Source of the DNA: Lama glama
Lineage: Eukaryota
Assembly: GCA_028534125.1 (NCBI GenBank)
Contig: CM052817.1
Location: 92,692,001-92,756,000 of the forward strand
Reading direction: 5' to 3'
DNA: 64,000 bases
This document shows positions 51,687 to 64,000 of the stretch, piece by piece. The notes under the pieces are model-generated. The model had not been told where the DNA came from and searched no databases. It saw nothing but the letters and a program-made list of their open reading frames with translations. Positions within the stretch are counted from its first letter, which is position 1. The number at the start of each line of letters is the position of its first letter. The translations under genes and the position numbers were made by a program.

Positions 51687-53644
51687 TTCAGTCACTTTAT
51701 TCACAGCTTTTATTTGCTAGTCTAGTGGGTAAAATCACTGCTATATAAAAAGATTAAGACAAAAAATTACATTCCCTTTTCTTAAGTAGTTGACACTTTA
51801 AAAGGAACGTCACAAGTCTGGTAATAATATTGAAGCCAATCTAAAAGCAAAATAAAAAGTAAAGTCATATATAACTTTGTCATGGAAAGTAGCTGTTTTC
51901 TTAGATGAATAGATTATGGATATTAAAGTAAATTACAGAAAGTGATTTAAGAAACAATGTTATCCTCTTTAAGGCCTACAAAGCTTGCTCTGCCTGAACA
52001 ATGAAATAAATATTCTGCCAACATCAGCTTCCTAGACTCAAATGGAATAAAATAACCAGGCAATAAAGTCCTAGATAGAAGGAGCCTCACCAGCTGCCTT
52101 GGCATTATCTTCTTTATTTTACAGATAAGGGAAATATGGTCTAACCAGGTTACATCACTTTTTAAAGGTTAGAAGTGATTTTGTTCTTTCTCAGAGAAAA
52201 AGAAAAACATTAATTCTCAAATATAGTTTATGTTCTTATCAGTAAAACACTTTCCGTCATCCAAAGCTCGTAAGAATAAACCAGTGGTTCTCAGATGGAC
52301 CAACTCCTCTTGATATTTCCCCTCATGTTTCCTTCCATATTTCTAACGATGTTTCTACTAATATTTCTTGGATTAACAATTTTGGACACTTTCTGTTCAC
52401 ATCCAGCCATGGTAGATGACTTAACTCACAGTGACTCTACCACCCCCACGTCCCCACCTAAGCCCTCATTGGATAATCAACAATCCTCAATGCAGATACT
52501 GTTCCTTGTCAAGCAGGTGGTCTATTACAATTATGTACCTTCTGAATTTTTCCTGAACTTAGTAATTGCATCACTCTTCCGTTTGCCTGGCTTTCTGTGT
52601 TTCATTGTTCCCCTCTCCCCCCAGATGCTACGATCTCTGTCACATGCTTACTGATAACATTTTCTATACGCTTCAAACGCATTACTTCCACTTGTCTTTT
52701 AGACTGTGAAAATTCCCTCCTGGAACTCTCTGTCCTCCTGCTCCATAATGGCCTGAATGCTTTAAAGATATGCAGAGACTATCAGGGATTTATCTTACCT
52801 AGCAATTTAACAATGGGAAAATTTTACTTTTCACTTTGACTTTAAAGTCAACTTTAAAACTGTCTCTTATTTGTATTTTTCAGACATAAGTTAAGTAACA
52901 GCAAAACAGTACTGCCACCACCACAAACAACCCAACACTCTACACACTGAAAATACTGATTGGTAGTTTTCATGAATATGTACAATGGAAAAGGGTGCCC
53001 TTATTTTAAGCATTTTGGTTGCTCCTCTAGCAATCAGTATCACAAGCCATAGAGCTTTAGCCTTACTGCTGCCCAGACTTGGCTGTTTCCAAGGTGGCCT
53101 GAAGGTCTGGAGTACAGATGCTACTGTCAGCGATGTTTCCAGGGTTGCTTTGTGTTTAACTGCTAACTATCTAGCTCATCACTGTTGGAAAAGAGGATTG
53201 AGAGGCTTTTATGCCAAGTTTATGTGGCTCTAGTTGGAATTTCAAGACAGGGCTTTTTTATTATGGTGGTGGTGGTGGCATCTGGTTCTAGCTTATTCAG
53301 TCTCATCCAGAGACAGTGCCACTGAGGAGAGTCCTGGTGCGGATAGACTTACGGAAAACTGTCATAGAATCACAGAACTCTTAACTCTGGGGAGTTACCT
53401 AGAGGCCGCCTGCCAACTCCAACCTCCATATTTTGCAGAAGAGAAAACTGAGGTCCAGAAGCTTACCTAAGACAACAAAGGAGGCTGGTGGCAGCTTCTA
53501 AGTAGGCTTTAAAAGCATTAAGATGAAAGGAACTGACTGCTAACAGATAAATTATGATCTTACAGATGGATGTTCTCATTTTGTATAAGCTAATCTTCCT
53601 GGAAGAAGCAAAATCATTTAAATATTCATATCAAAAATTCTAAC

Positions 53645-53782
53645 TTTTTTTTAACATTTTTTATTGATTTATAATCATTTTACAATGTTGTGTCAAATTC
53701 CAGTGTTTAGCACAATTTTTCAGTCATACATGGACATATACACACTCATTGTCACATTTTTTTCTCTGTGAGCTACCATAAG
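53645..53782 (-). mobile_element. Young camelid-type L1 3' end, cut by the gap
   Basis: Poly(T) then tttattgatttataatcattttacaatgttgtgtcaaattccagtg. Confidence 0.9.
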
Positions 53783-54282
53783 NNNNNNNNNNNNNNNNNN
53801 NNNNNNNNNNNNNNNNNNNNNNNNNNNNNNNNNNNNNNNNNNNNNNNNNNNNNNNNNNNNNNNNNNNNNNNNNNNNNNNNNNNNNNNNNNNNNNNNNNNN
53901 NNNNNNNNNNNNNNNNNNNNNNNNNNNNNNNNNNNNNNNNNNNNNNNNNNNNNNNNNNNNNNNNNNNNNNNNNNNNNNNNNNNNNNNNNNNNNNNNNNNN
54001 NNNNNNNNNNNNNNNNNNNNNNNNNNNNNNNNNNNNNNNNNNNNNNNNNNNNNNNNNNNNNNNNNNNNNNNNNNNNNNNNNNNNNNNNNNNNNNNNNNNN
54101 NNNNNNNNNNNNNNNNNNNNNNNNNNNNNNNNNNNNNNNNNNNNNNNNNNNNNNNNNNNNNNNNNNNNNNNNNNNNNNNNNNNNNNNNNNNNNNNNNNNN
54201 NNNNNNNNNNNNNNNNNNNNNNNNNNNNNNNNNNNNNNNNNNNNNNNNNNNNNNNNNNNNNNNNNNNNNNNNNNNNNNNNNN
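53783..54282. other. Assembly gap (500 N)
   Basis: Exactly 500 N. Confidence 1.
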
Positions 54283-54670
54283 AGAGAATGTCATTCTAAG
54301 TGAATTAAGCCAGAAAGAGAAAGAAAAATACCATATGAGATTGCTTATATGTGGAATCTAAGAAAAACAAAACATAAATACAAAACAGAAACAGAGTCAT
54401 AGACATAGAATACAAACTTGTGTTTGCCAAGGGGGTGGGGGGTGGGAAGGGATAGACTGGGATTTCAAAATGTAGAATAGATCAACAAGATCATACTGTG
54501 TAGCACAGGGAAATATATACAAGATCTTGTGGTAGCTCGTAGCGAAAAACAAATGTGACAATGAATATATGCATGTTCATGTATAACTGAAAAATTGTGC
54601 TCTACACTGGAATTTGACACAGCATTGTAAAATGACTATAACTCAATAAAAAAAAGTTAAAAAAAAAAAG
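54283..54670 (+). mobile_element. Young camelid-type L1 3' end, cut by the gap
   Basis: gagaatgtcattctaagtgaa...atgtggaatcta...cactggaatttgacacagcattgtaaaatgactataactcaataaa + A tail. Confidence 0.92.
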
Positions 54671-56534
54671 AAGACTATCCTTAGTAAAGTGACATCCAGC
54701 AACCGAGAACTACAGAAGGGAATACAGGTAAAACCAGAGACAAATGGCAAATTCCTTTACATGTAACCCTCTCAGTAAAACATGACTGAACTGGACATGG
54801 CTGATGAGGCAATAGATGCTTGGTTGTTTTAGTTGACATTGGGAAATTTGAGGCTGCGGCTCTACGAAAATCCTTATCTGCTTCCCAGGCACAAGGAGGT
54901 ACCTTGATTAAGCACAGGTTCTGGACTCCTAGCTGTGCTGCTCATTCCCACCCAACAGACTTTTGAAAATAGTGTGTTATTCCTAAATATCAAGAAGTAC
55001 TTTGGAGATTAATACATGTTTGTTTTTTGCACTTGTCTTACATCTATATGTGTAAGTTTCAGAATGACTCCTGAGGGTGTAACACATGGGGAACCAACCA
55101 GATTTAGGTATTTCTTCCTTTAAAGCAAAATGTATATATTCTTGAGTTTGTACTGCATTGAGAACAAATTTGGTCTAAAATATAGACGTCTGTAAGAAAA
55201 CTAAACATGTCTGAGCAAGTTAATTTCTCAATGGAAAACAAAGGGTTCTATGTACAAGACTAGCTCCTAAAAGGCATTCCAGAGCTTCCAATCTTTGCTT
55301 GTTAACTCATTTTCTTTCTTTTTGATTTTCAATATAAAATATGTATAATTTCCAAAGGTTAGAAAGGAATTGAGGCACTAATCAACCCCCACCTGCTCTT
55401 GTAAGGTCTACCTCCTGCATAGCCCATTGATTTACATCCACACAACCCAAATACAGAAGGGTCAGAAGGCGGCCTGCCTCATCCTTAACATAACAGAGAA
55501 GGACTGAACATTAAGCTGACCCATAAGTGGGAATGGGGTAGCGGCAGTGATAGTCTTCCATAAGGACTCTCTAAAAATACTCCTTCTGGAAACTGAAAGG
55601 CCACCAGCAAAGATGTGGGGGACTTGGGTTCATGTCTTGGTTCTGCCCTTATTCAGTGTGTGAATGACTGAATGAGCAGATGTCTCTGAAACTCATCTTC
55701 CTCTCTAACACACAGTGAGTGGACTGCATACACAACCTTTAATATTTCCTCTAGATCTAGAATCACAGTTTTCTTAGATTTCTGGCACCCTTATGTGCTC
55801 CCAATCATCATGAAAGGCAGCCTGATTTATTTTTCATGTACTTACATTTTCTTCTTTTTAAAAATAAAACTGGATGTTGAGTTAGAATTCCCCAATATTT
55901 CATCAAAATAAAGATCTAAAGGTTTTATTTGATCAAAAGCAGATTCAAAGGCTGATACAGTTCCCTCTCCTTGATGTGAGTAACGGGATGAGCAGAAGCC
56001 GACTTTGTTTAGTTACCTCTCTTTCCATCTGAGGCTTAGAAAGTATAATATGAGATAAAACTCAGGTGGGATAGTGAGGACACCCTTTCTGTTGAGCTGC
56101 CAGTGGGCTGGCTTTATAGGATTTAGTAGGTTTGGTACAAACTCAGGCTTGGTTAATTCCAAACCCCATCTTCTTTTCAATATATCACTTTGTCTCCAGG
56201 AAAGCCAGTTAAAGACTGGAAATTCCTTCAATTATTAAAGGGAAAACAGCGTCCTGTTACCTACGTATCTCCATTTCTTCTTCAAAGGAAGGCTTTGTGT
56301 TGATAGTACGTGCTCAATGATTAATTTGAGAAGACTGAGAGTGGGGGGTAAAAATTTCCATTGCCACAGTCCTAGGCTTATGTCATTTAACTTGTGGACT
56401 GGTGTACTGAGTCAGTGACAACTCTTCTTTTATTAATAGAGGTCTTTGTATACGTGGACCAAAATGAATACATCTTCAATGTCTGATGTTCTGATTCTGG
56501 GTATTTCAGCTGCAGAGCCTTCAGGACTTTTGTG

Positions 56535-56536
<2 letters not shown>

Positions 56537-56566
<30 letters not shown>
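56537..56566 (+). repeat. (TG)n microsatellite
   Basis: Directly visible. Confidence 0.95.
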
Positions 56567-56567
<1 letters not shown>

Positions 56568-56959
56568 TGTCTATCTGCACACATCTGGCTGATCCCAGTG
56601 AGATGCATAATCACCATCTTCATTCCTACCCACAAACAGTAGGCATCCCCACATAAGGGATTCTTTAAGGTTTTGTGAGCACAAATATTTTTTCACTTGT
56701 CCAAGGGAAGTGAGTGAAAGCTCCAAGTGAAGTGAAAACCCCGAGCAATGAAGCCTATGAATAAGAATAGGGAGACATGCAGCTCCAGTCCTCAACACAA
56801 ATTCCAGCAGCGCTCAGCAATCATGGCTGGATCTGGGGTGCATTCAGGGATTGATATTCACTAGGTAGGCACTCCTATTAAAAGATAAATATACACTCTC
56901 AGTAGCTATCTGCCTTGGCAATTCAGATCATTGGATTAGTACATAATTAAAGAAGTGAA

Positions 56960-58050
56960 CTTCAATGTATAATTGAAAATTATTAGCATCATTTCAATTT
57001 TTAAAAATAATTTGTTATCCTCCTTTGTACAGTGTCTAAGTCGTTTGCTAATTTTTAATTGGGTTGGCTGTCTGTTCCTCACTGATTGGTAGGCGTTTTC
57101 TATTCTAAATATAAGTCTTTTTTATTGAATAATGTAATGCAGATATCAAGTGTGTGGTTGCCTTTTCACTCTTGTATGGAATCTTTTAATGAATATACAT
57201 TCTTAATATAATGAAGTCCAGTTTATCTACATTTTTATGATTAGTGCTTTTTATTTCCTATTTAAGAAATCTTCATTTATCTCAAAGTTACAAAAAAATT
57301 CACTTATGCTGTCTTCTAAAAAGAAGAAATTGTTTGTTTGAGCTATCACACTTGGATTTGCAATCTATCCAAATTCTTTTATATGGCATGAAGTAGGGTT
57401 CAAAGATCCTTTTCTTCCACATAGTTCTAATTGACCTAGAACCATTAGTTTTTAAAAGACCACCCTCTCCTCTATGTTGTAATGAGGACTGTTCAAAGTG
57501 CTCCTATGTATTTTGGTCTGATTCTGGACTTTCTTTCCTATGTCGTTGTCCTCTTGTCTACCTCAGCACCAGTACCACACTGTCTTATTTACTGTGACCA
57601 TATCCTAAGTCTTGATATCTGCTCATACAAGTTCTCCTACTTTGCTCTTCTTCTTCAGTATTGCCTTGGGTATCCCTAATCCCCTTGCATTTTCATATAA
57701 ATTTAACATCTGTTTGTCAATTTACAGACACATATATACACACATGCATGAACTGCTTGGGATTTTAATTGGGCTTTATATCATCTATGGACCCATTTTG
57801 AGAGAATTATCACAACTAATCGAGAGAAATTAAAATCACAGTAGGATACCACTCCATATCCAACAAAAATGGCTGAAATTTATAAAAGGAAAAGAAAATC
57901 TGATCAAGTCAAATGTTGTCAAGGATGTGGAGCAAATAGAACTCTCTTACATGACTGGTGTGACACAAATTGATCCAAACACTTTCAGAAAATATTTGAC
58001 AATAGCTACCAAAATTAAACATATGCTTAGACTTCATCTAGTGATTTCAC
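56960..58050. mobile_element. Ancient L1M with an inverted 5' part (minus ~56960-57810, plus ~57825-58050)
   Basis: Antisense ORF2-end motifs (caccagtaccacactgtctta, ttagtgctttt...tttaagaaatc), then sense taaaatcacagtaggataccac...aggatgtggagcaaatagaactctc. Confidence 0.7.
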
Positions 58051-58114
58051 TCCATTCTTGCATGTCCAGGACACCCTTCCCTCTATTGTGTGTGGAATAT
58101 TTTTCTCTCTACAA

Positions 58115-58400
58115 TGTGTGGTTCACAGCATGAGTTCTAGAGTCAGATTGCTTGCCTTCATATTCCAGCTCCACCTTACTGGCTGTGTGATCTGGGCGAG
58201 TTACTTAACTTCATGTATCTCATGTGGATAAAATAGTTAGCATGTTTATACACTATTTATTATCAGCAACCTGGGGGAGGCAGTGGCTAATACCCACCCC
58301 ACAGGGCTGTTTTGCTGAGTGGACTAGATGATATAATCCACATAGGAACAACACCTAGCGACTAGTAAGGGCTCAATAAATGTTAGCTATTATTATTATT
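58115..58400 (+). mobile_element. MIR SINE
   Basis: gagtcagattgc...ccagctccaccttactggctgtgtgatctgggcgagttacttaac...gctcaataaatgttagctattatt. Confidence 0.8.
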
Positions 58401-60289
58401 TCCTACCTATTATAAAATTACTTATTTTTCAATGCTTGTCTAGTTCAAAATTGCACCTCTTCCATGAAACTTTTTTCCAGACAAAGAGGAAGAAGATATT
58501 AATTCTGACAGGCATTTTGTCCCTTTCCCTCTCTCCCTACACTTAAAAACTTTTCTTCTCCCTACACTTTAAATATTCTTTTTACTTTCCCATATTTGGC
58601 TTTGATTGTGAATTTTCTGTTGGCATTTGCCCCTCCAGACTGTAAGCATCCTGAAAGTGGCAATCTCGGCTCACCTGAGTGCATTTCTAGATCTCTTCCT
58701 GGTGCTCTGGACTTAAGTGTTCAACAACTGTTTGTTACATTGCATACAATTGAATCAAGGAAGGGAGATTGCTAGGCACCTTTGAATAATAATGTTACTG
58801 GACATGTTTCCTTTCCAAGAAGCTTGTCATTTGGAATTACCCTTAAACAAGTGGTTGAGCTCAATGGACAGCTTCTTAGTGATCTAAGAACAAGACAATG
58901 AGCAATTGTGCTAAGGTGCTAAGGCCCAGGAAAATGGCTTGAACACTGGGAGGAAAATACTTGGGCTGACTGGAACAAGCGGTTGGGGTAAAATCTGCCT
59001 TTACTATGAAAATGTAAAGTTGGTGGATTTCTCCAAATATGATCTCAAAAGCAGTGGAGCATATTAAGATACTTGCATTTCTAAAAGAGAAAAGGACTTT
59101 CCATAAACTGGGCTCAGTCTTGAGTTTGTGGCTGGAAAGCCTTGGGTTTTTAGTCCTAGAGTTTTTGTTTACTCAGGTCAATTTGTGCTCAAGGCTTTAA
59201 TTTATTTTGCATTGAGTCTTAGTTACAAAAATCTCTGAAGTGCTTCAGTGAAAGAAGTTACATATCTCAGGCTTCCCACTGTGCAGGTCCCCAGGCAAGA
59301 GTGCACACAGGGACCCCATATCGTATGTGTAAATATGTACCAGGTGTACATTAAGATAATGAACTGCTAATAAACAAAATATATTCTGTCCTCCCACCTT
59401 CATAAACCTGGACACCATGTTCAAGTTTAGAATTCCTACGCTCCTCACGGTCCCACACTGGGACATGGTGGCACAGGGCTTCTCTTCTGTTCCAGCCTCA
59501 GCTGTCCCTGGTCTTGGGGGGCTTCCTGAGCAGGTGTGGATGGTCCATATATCCAAGTTCCAGCCACACTTTCCACAAAGAGCTGGCCTTGGGGCTCCAG
59601 GGTGTGCAAAGAAACAGCATGGTCTACCCTCTAGCTGATGGACTTAGAGGTGCTGGGGTCCCGGAACTCTAGTGAGACACTGAAGGAAAGGAAGGCTGTG
59701 GCTCTGTGATGCCCTCCTTTGCACTGTAGGGAGGGTCCGTCTTGAAAAAGACCCAAACCGTGTGCTTTAATATGTCAGCCCTCTAGTTTGGGTCTAAGGA
59801 CGGCACCGAGGCTACTTAAATAACATGTATAATGATAATGTATCTCAGGGGATTTTAAGCATTTACTAATAGGACCTACTGTCATTCTTAATCACCAATA
59901 TTATAGCACTAAACAAAATTCTGGTGTTAACTCTTTTCCATCCCCAAAATGAAAAGACTTTGACTTAAAAATTTTTTTTGTTAATACTGAAATATCAGTA
60001 GTTACCAAAGCAATTTCACTTGGGCTTTGTTCACACCATAATTCTGAAAGCCATGGACTTGGTGTCATTTCTACATCATTCAGACTCATCCAAAAGAAAA
60101 AGAGAAAACTGTGGGTTTTTTGTAAAACCATGCCATAATGGGTGATCATGGCCAACAGAGGATGGGTTATTACTGGTAAAGGCTCATCAGAAACTCTCTT
60201 CCCTGGTAATTGGAATTGAATGGTCTAACCCTACTCCAGTTTCTGCTTCTCAGGGAGTCCACCCTTCTCTCAGAAACATAGATACTAAA

Positions 60290-61012
60290 AGAGAACCCTC
60301 CTACACTGTTGGTAGGAATGTAAATTGGTTCAGCTACTATGGAGAACAGTATGGAGGTTCCTTAAAAAACTAAAACTAGAGTTACCATATGATCTAGCAA
60401 TCCTACTCCCAGGCATATATCCAGAGAACACTCTAATTTGAAAAGATACATGTGTCCCAATGTTCATAGCAGCACTATTTACAATAGCCAAGACATAGAA
60501 GCAACCTAAATGTTCACCGACAGATGACTGGATAAAAAAGATATAAAATGGAATGTTAATCAACCATAATTATGCCAAAACTGCCATTTGCATAAACATG
60601 GATGGACCTAGAGATGATCATACCAAGTGAAGTAAGTCAGAAAGAAAAAGATAAATACTATATAATATCACTTATACGTGGAATCTAAAATATGATACAA
60701 ATGAACTTGTTTACAAAACAGAAACAGATCCACAAACACAGAAAACAAACTTAGGGCTACCAAAGGGGGAAGGGGAAGGAGGGATTAATTAGGAGTTTGG
60801 GATTAGCAGATACAAACTGCTATATATAAAATAGATAAACAACAAGGTCCTTCTGTGTAGCACAGGGAATTATATTCAATATCCTGTGATAAGCCATAAT
60901 GGAAAATAATGTGAAAAATAGTACATAAATATATACATATATGTATAACTGAATCACTTTGCTGTACACCTGAAACAACACTGTAAATCAACCATATTTA
61001 AAAGCAAAAAAA
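60290..61012 (+). mobile_element. 5'-truncated artiodactyl-type L1 (ORF2 end + 3' UTR)
   Basis: gaaccctcctacactgttggt...ctatggagaacagtatggagg...gctgtacacctgaaacaacactgtaaatcaac + A-rich tail. Confidence 0.92.
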
Positions 61013-63204
61013 GAAACAGGTGTTAGAACTTCAGATTCATTTGCTTACTCATTCAGAGAAAAACAAAAGCTACAATATATTATCTTAGACACCTCCTTGT
61101 CAGGATAATATGCCTAAATAAATCAAAAATAAGCTTTGAAGTCAAATAGATTTGATTCCCATTTTAGCTCTGCTATTTTATCATTGTGTGACATGAACGT
61201 GGGTAACACCATACACTCCACAAGCTGTAAAGATTAAGTGGAATCACTGATAGAAAAGCAAGTGCTGAGACATTCAATGAATGTTATCTTCTTTCCTCTC
61301 TATTCCTGTCCACTGTATTCAACTCATATTTTAAAATCATTACAAAAGTAGATCCATAATGATAAATTAGAATATAAATGACTTTCATCCACTCAATGAT
61401 TATAAATGCTGTAGCAGAACGTATACAATCAACTGTCAGGTTCACGAACACAAAAACCTTAGAGTGAAAAGAATTTGGGGAGCTTATCCAGGGAGGTACC
61501 TGGTGGTTCTGAAGAACAAAGAACATTCTTGACATGAAATTGAGCTCCAAAACTTCATACTCTAAGACTGTAGCTGTATTCTGGTTAATCTCACTTTTTT
61601 TTTCACAAGAGGTTACAGCTAGTCTTTTTAGGAATTACTTTTCCACTAATCACTGCCAATCGTTCTGAAGTTATTGCAAAATAAAGGATCTTTTTCAAAA
61701 AGCCACCATTCAAATCACAACATGTGGCCCTAGGAATCTCTCTGACAGCTTCTGAGGTGGCTGCTTCTGGAGACCTGCCAGGACGTTGCCTGCACACCAG
61801 CTCCGAGTCTCCCCGGCCCTGGGCAGCCGGCAGGGGTGGGGTGGGGCTGCTGACCCTCACCTGACTGGCGCTGGGCCAACCTGGCTGAGAAGCCACAAGA
61901 ATTCAATTTCTCTGCCCTGAAATGTAATTATTGGTTATTGTCAAGGAAGTGAATCGGCCCTCCCTCCCTTTCTCCTTTTGCTTTGCAGTATTACAGTATT
62001 TTGAGTTTGTGTGCATGTATGTGCGGTCTCAGCAAAATGCACATACTCACACGAAAAATGAAAACTGTATATACACATATATGTGTGTGTTGTAGCTTTT
62101 TCTTTTTATATGTAAAAGATGCTCTAACTTCTTTACTGAAGAAAACAACTCAAAACTGCTTGTGACAGACACATCGATGATATATTTAAAGGAAATTGTG
62201 TGGGGACATGTACATTTCTGGGGTTTTTGTCTGCAGACAACTCATGGCAACGTCTTAACTGAGGCACTACTCCCCGCTAAGCACTGGAGGAGACACTTCC
62301 GGAAAAAAAAAACCATCTTTTAAGAGAAACAGTTCTTGCCGTGTGGGGTATACTAAAGTCACATTTTAAACATTTCTAAGAATGTATGAAAAAGAGCATG
62401 ATGTCATCAGAATTTCTGGTCCTTTTTCATTTACTAAGAATCCTCAGGAGTCTGAGATAAGACCAAGCCGTGGCAGCTGCAGTGAATCCAAGGAGCTGCC
62501 AATCAGACACACAGAGAACACAGGCGTGTCCAGCACATACAGAAGCAAATAACCAGGACAAAAGAGAACCTGGATGTGCTTTCCAAGTGGGAGCAAAGTT
62601 GATTTTTTCCCAATAAATTTAAAGATGTTAAGAAGTGAGAGCTTCTGATAGTATATATGCTTTGGTGAGATAAACAAACAAAAGACACGCTTAAAACAAG
62701 ATATCATTTCAGAAGGAGAATATGTCTTGAATCCTCAAAGACAAACCTGGTGAGAATGGTTTCTAGAAGCCATGGGAATGATGTGGGAGAAAGAAGAGGA
62801 ATCTACAACATTCGCTTGAGCTCTGTCCTCCTTCCTCCTGAAGACATCCTTTATAAATGCCTCTTGTTCATCATCTTCTGGCTTTCTTAGCTCCGTTCCT
62901 CCCCACCAAGCTGGACCTCCAGCTCACTCCAGGGACACAGTAGGCTCGTCCTCCTCACAGTGTCCTGTCAAATGATGCTTCTCCCTCCCCCTTAGATCCC
63001 TAGAACCCAGGGCCGCCCTTCTACTCCCAGACAGGCCTGTTGCTCCCACTTTTCTCCTCCTAGCTGAAGGTCTAGCTTTATATCTCTTGTAAAACTTGCT
63101 TCTGCACCTTCTGCTTTCTTGGGGGACTTGGTCAAACTCCCTTTGGCACTTGACATCATTTGAACTCCCTTGACTCTAGGCTCATTTAAATGTTTAATTT
63201 GATT

Positions 63205-63460
63205 TGGAGTAGTGCTTAAGCACTTGGTCTCTGATGATGGACTTTCGGGCTTGGAGTCTGAGCTCCAACATTCTCACGAGCTGTGTAACTTTAGGCAAGT
63301 TACCAAACTTCTCTGTGCCTCATATTCCTCATCGTAATAGGGAGCAAAACATCACCTAACTCGTAAGGTTGTTGTGAGGAATAAATGAGTGAATAAATAA
63401 GAAGTACTTAGAACAGTACCAGCCAGACAGTAGATACTGAGTAGTTATTAGCTGTTATGT
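63205..63460 (+). mobile_element. MIR SINE
   Basis: gctgtgtaactttaggcaagttaccaaacttctctgtgcctca...ggttgttgtgaggaataaatgag...gtacttagaacagt. Confidence 0.8.
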
Positions 63461-63749
63461 TGGCATCAACAAGATCTTCAATTATGAGGCGTTCTGCTCA
63501 CCATTTTCTGCCTCTAAACTTTGGCTGGCTGGTCCAGTCCCTGATATCTTACCATCTCCACCACCAAAAGACTCCCATCTTCAATTGCCAACATGCTGCC
63601 CAGAAGTGGGAAAGGTCAGAACGGGAACTGATAGGAGGTGATACTAACAGACTGCCTGCCACGTGCCAGACCTGGGCCAGGTGCATTCACACGCCTCACC
63701 TCATGTGATTTCTGTAAGTCCTAGGAACTCAAGTGCAACCACTGGCCCC

Positions 63750-63985
63750 TCTCTGAATCCTGACTGAAAATAAATCACCTGTAAAAAGACATCTTTGAGA
63801 CAACTGGGTCAATCAGAGTAGAGATTTCCCAGAGTACAGTGTCAGAGGCTACTAAGGAATGTTTTTAAATTTTGTTAAGTGGGATAATGTCATTGTGGCT
63901 GCATATGTCTTAAAACGCGCTTCTCACCCAGAGATCCGTACTGAAGTAATGACGCGATGACTGGGATGGACTGTAAAACATTCCT
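63750..63985 (+). mobile_element. Old L1MC/ME 3' UTR fragment
   Basis: ctgtaaaaagacatctttgagacaactggg...taaggaat...tttgttaagtgggataatgtcattgtgg...tactgaagta. Confidence 0.65.
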
Positions 63986-64000
63986 CCCCATAAATTATGT

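Overview
Mammalian genomic DNA, very probably camelid: it carries Vic-1-type tRNA-Ala-derived SINEs and camelid/artiodactyl-type L1 3' ends. The window lies inside one minus-strand gene, RNF150 (PA-TM-RING E3 ubiquitin ligase, Goliath/GRAIL family). Four internal coding exons are visible with canonical GT-AG junctions and compatible phases: 38233-37983, 28837-28766, 26746-26664 and 2287-2191. They encode the end of the PA domain, the TM helix, a basic linker and the RING-H2 finger. The first and last exons lie outside the window; exon numbers are from my recollection of the orthologue. The rest is intron, rich in L1, L2, MIR, ERV/MaLR LTRs, DNA transposons and microsatellites, with two 500-N scaffold gaps. 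The best find is a candidate 14-nt 'poison' microexon (29567-29554) between exons 2 and 3. It has a ~93-nt AG-exclusion zone, a long CU tract, UGC motifs at the acceptor and an in-frame stop (GGC TCA TGA) that would remove the RING. Exon 3 nearby has a perfect TACTAAC branch point. Other items: a tail-less L1 endonuclease fragment with a perfect 16-bp target duplication, two 5'-inverted L1s, an LTR whose TATA box became a microsatellite, and inverted L1s flanking exon 2. Repeat family names are by-eye recognition and repeat boundaries are approximate unless a TSD is given.
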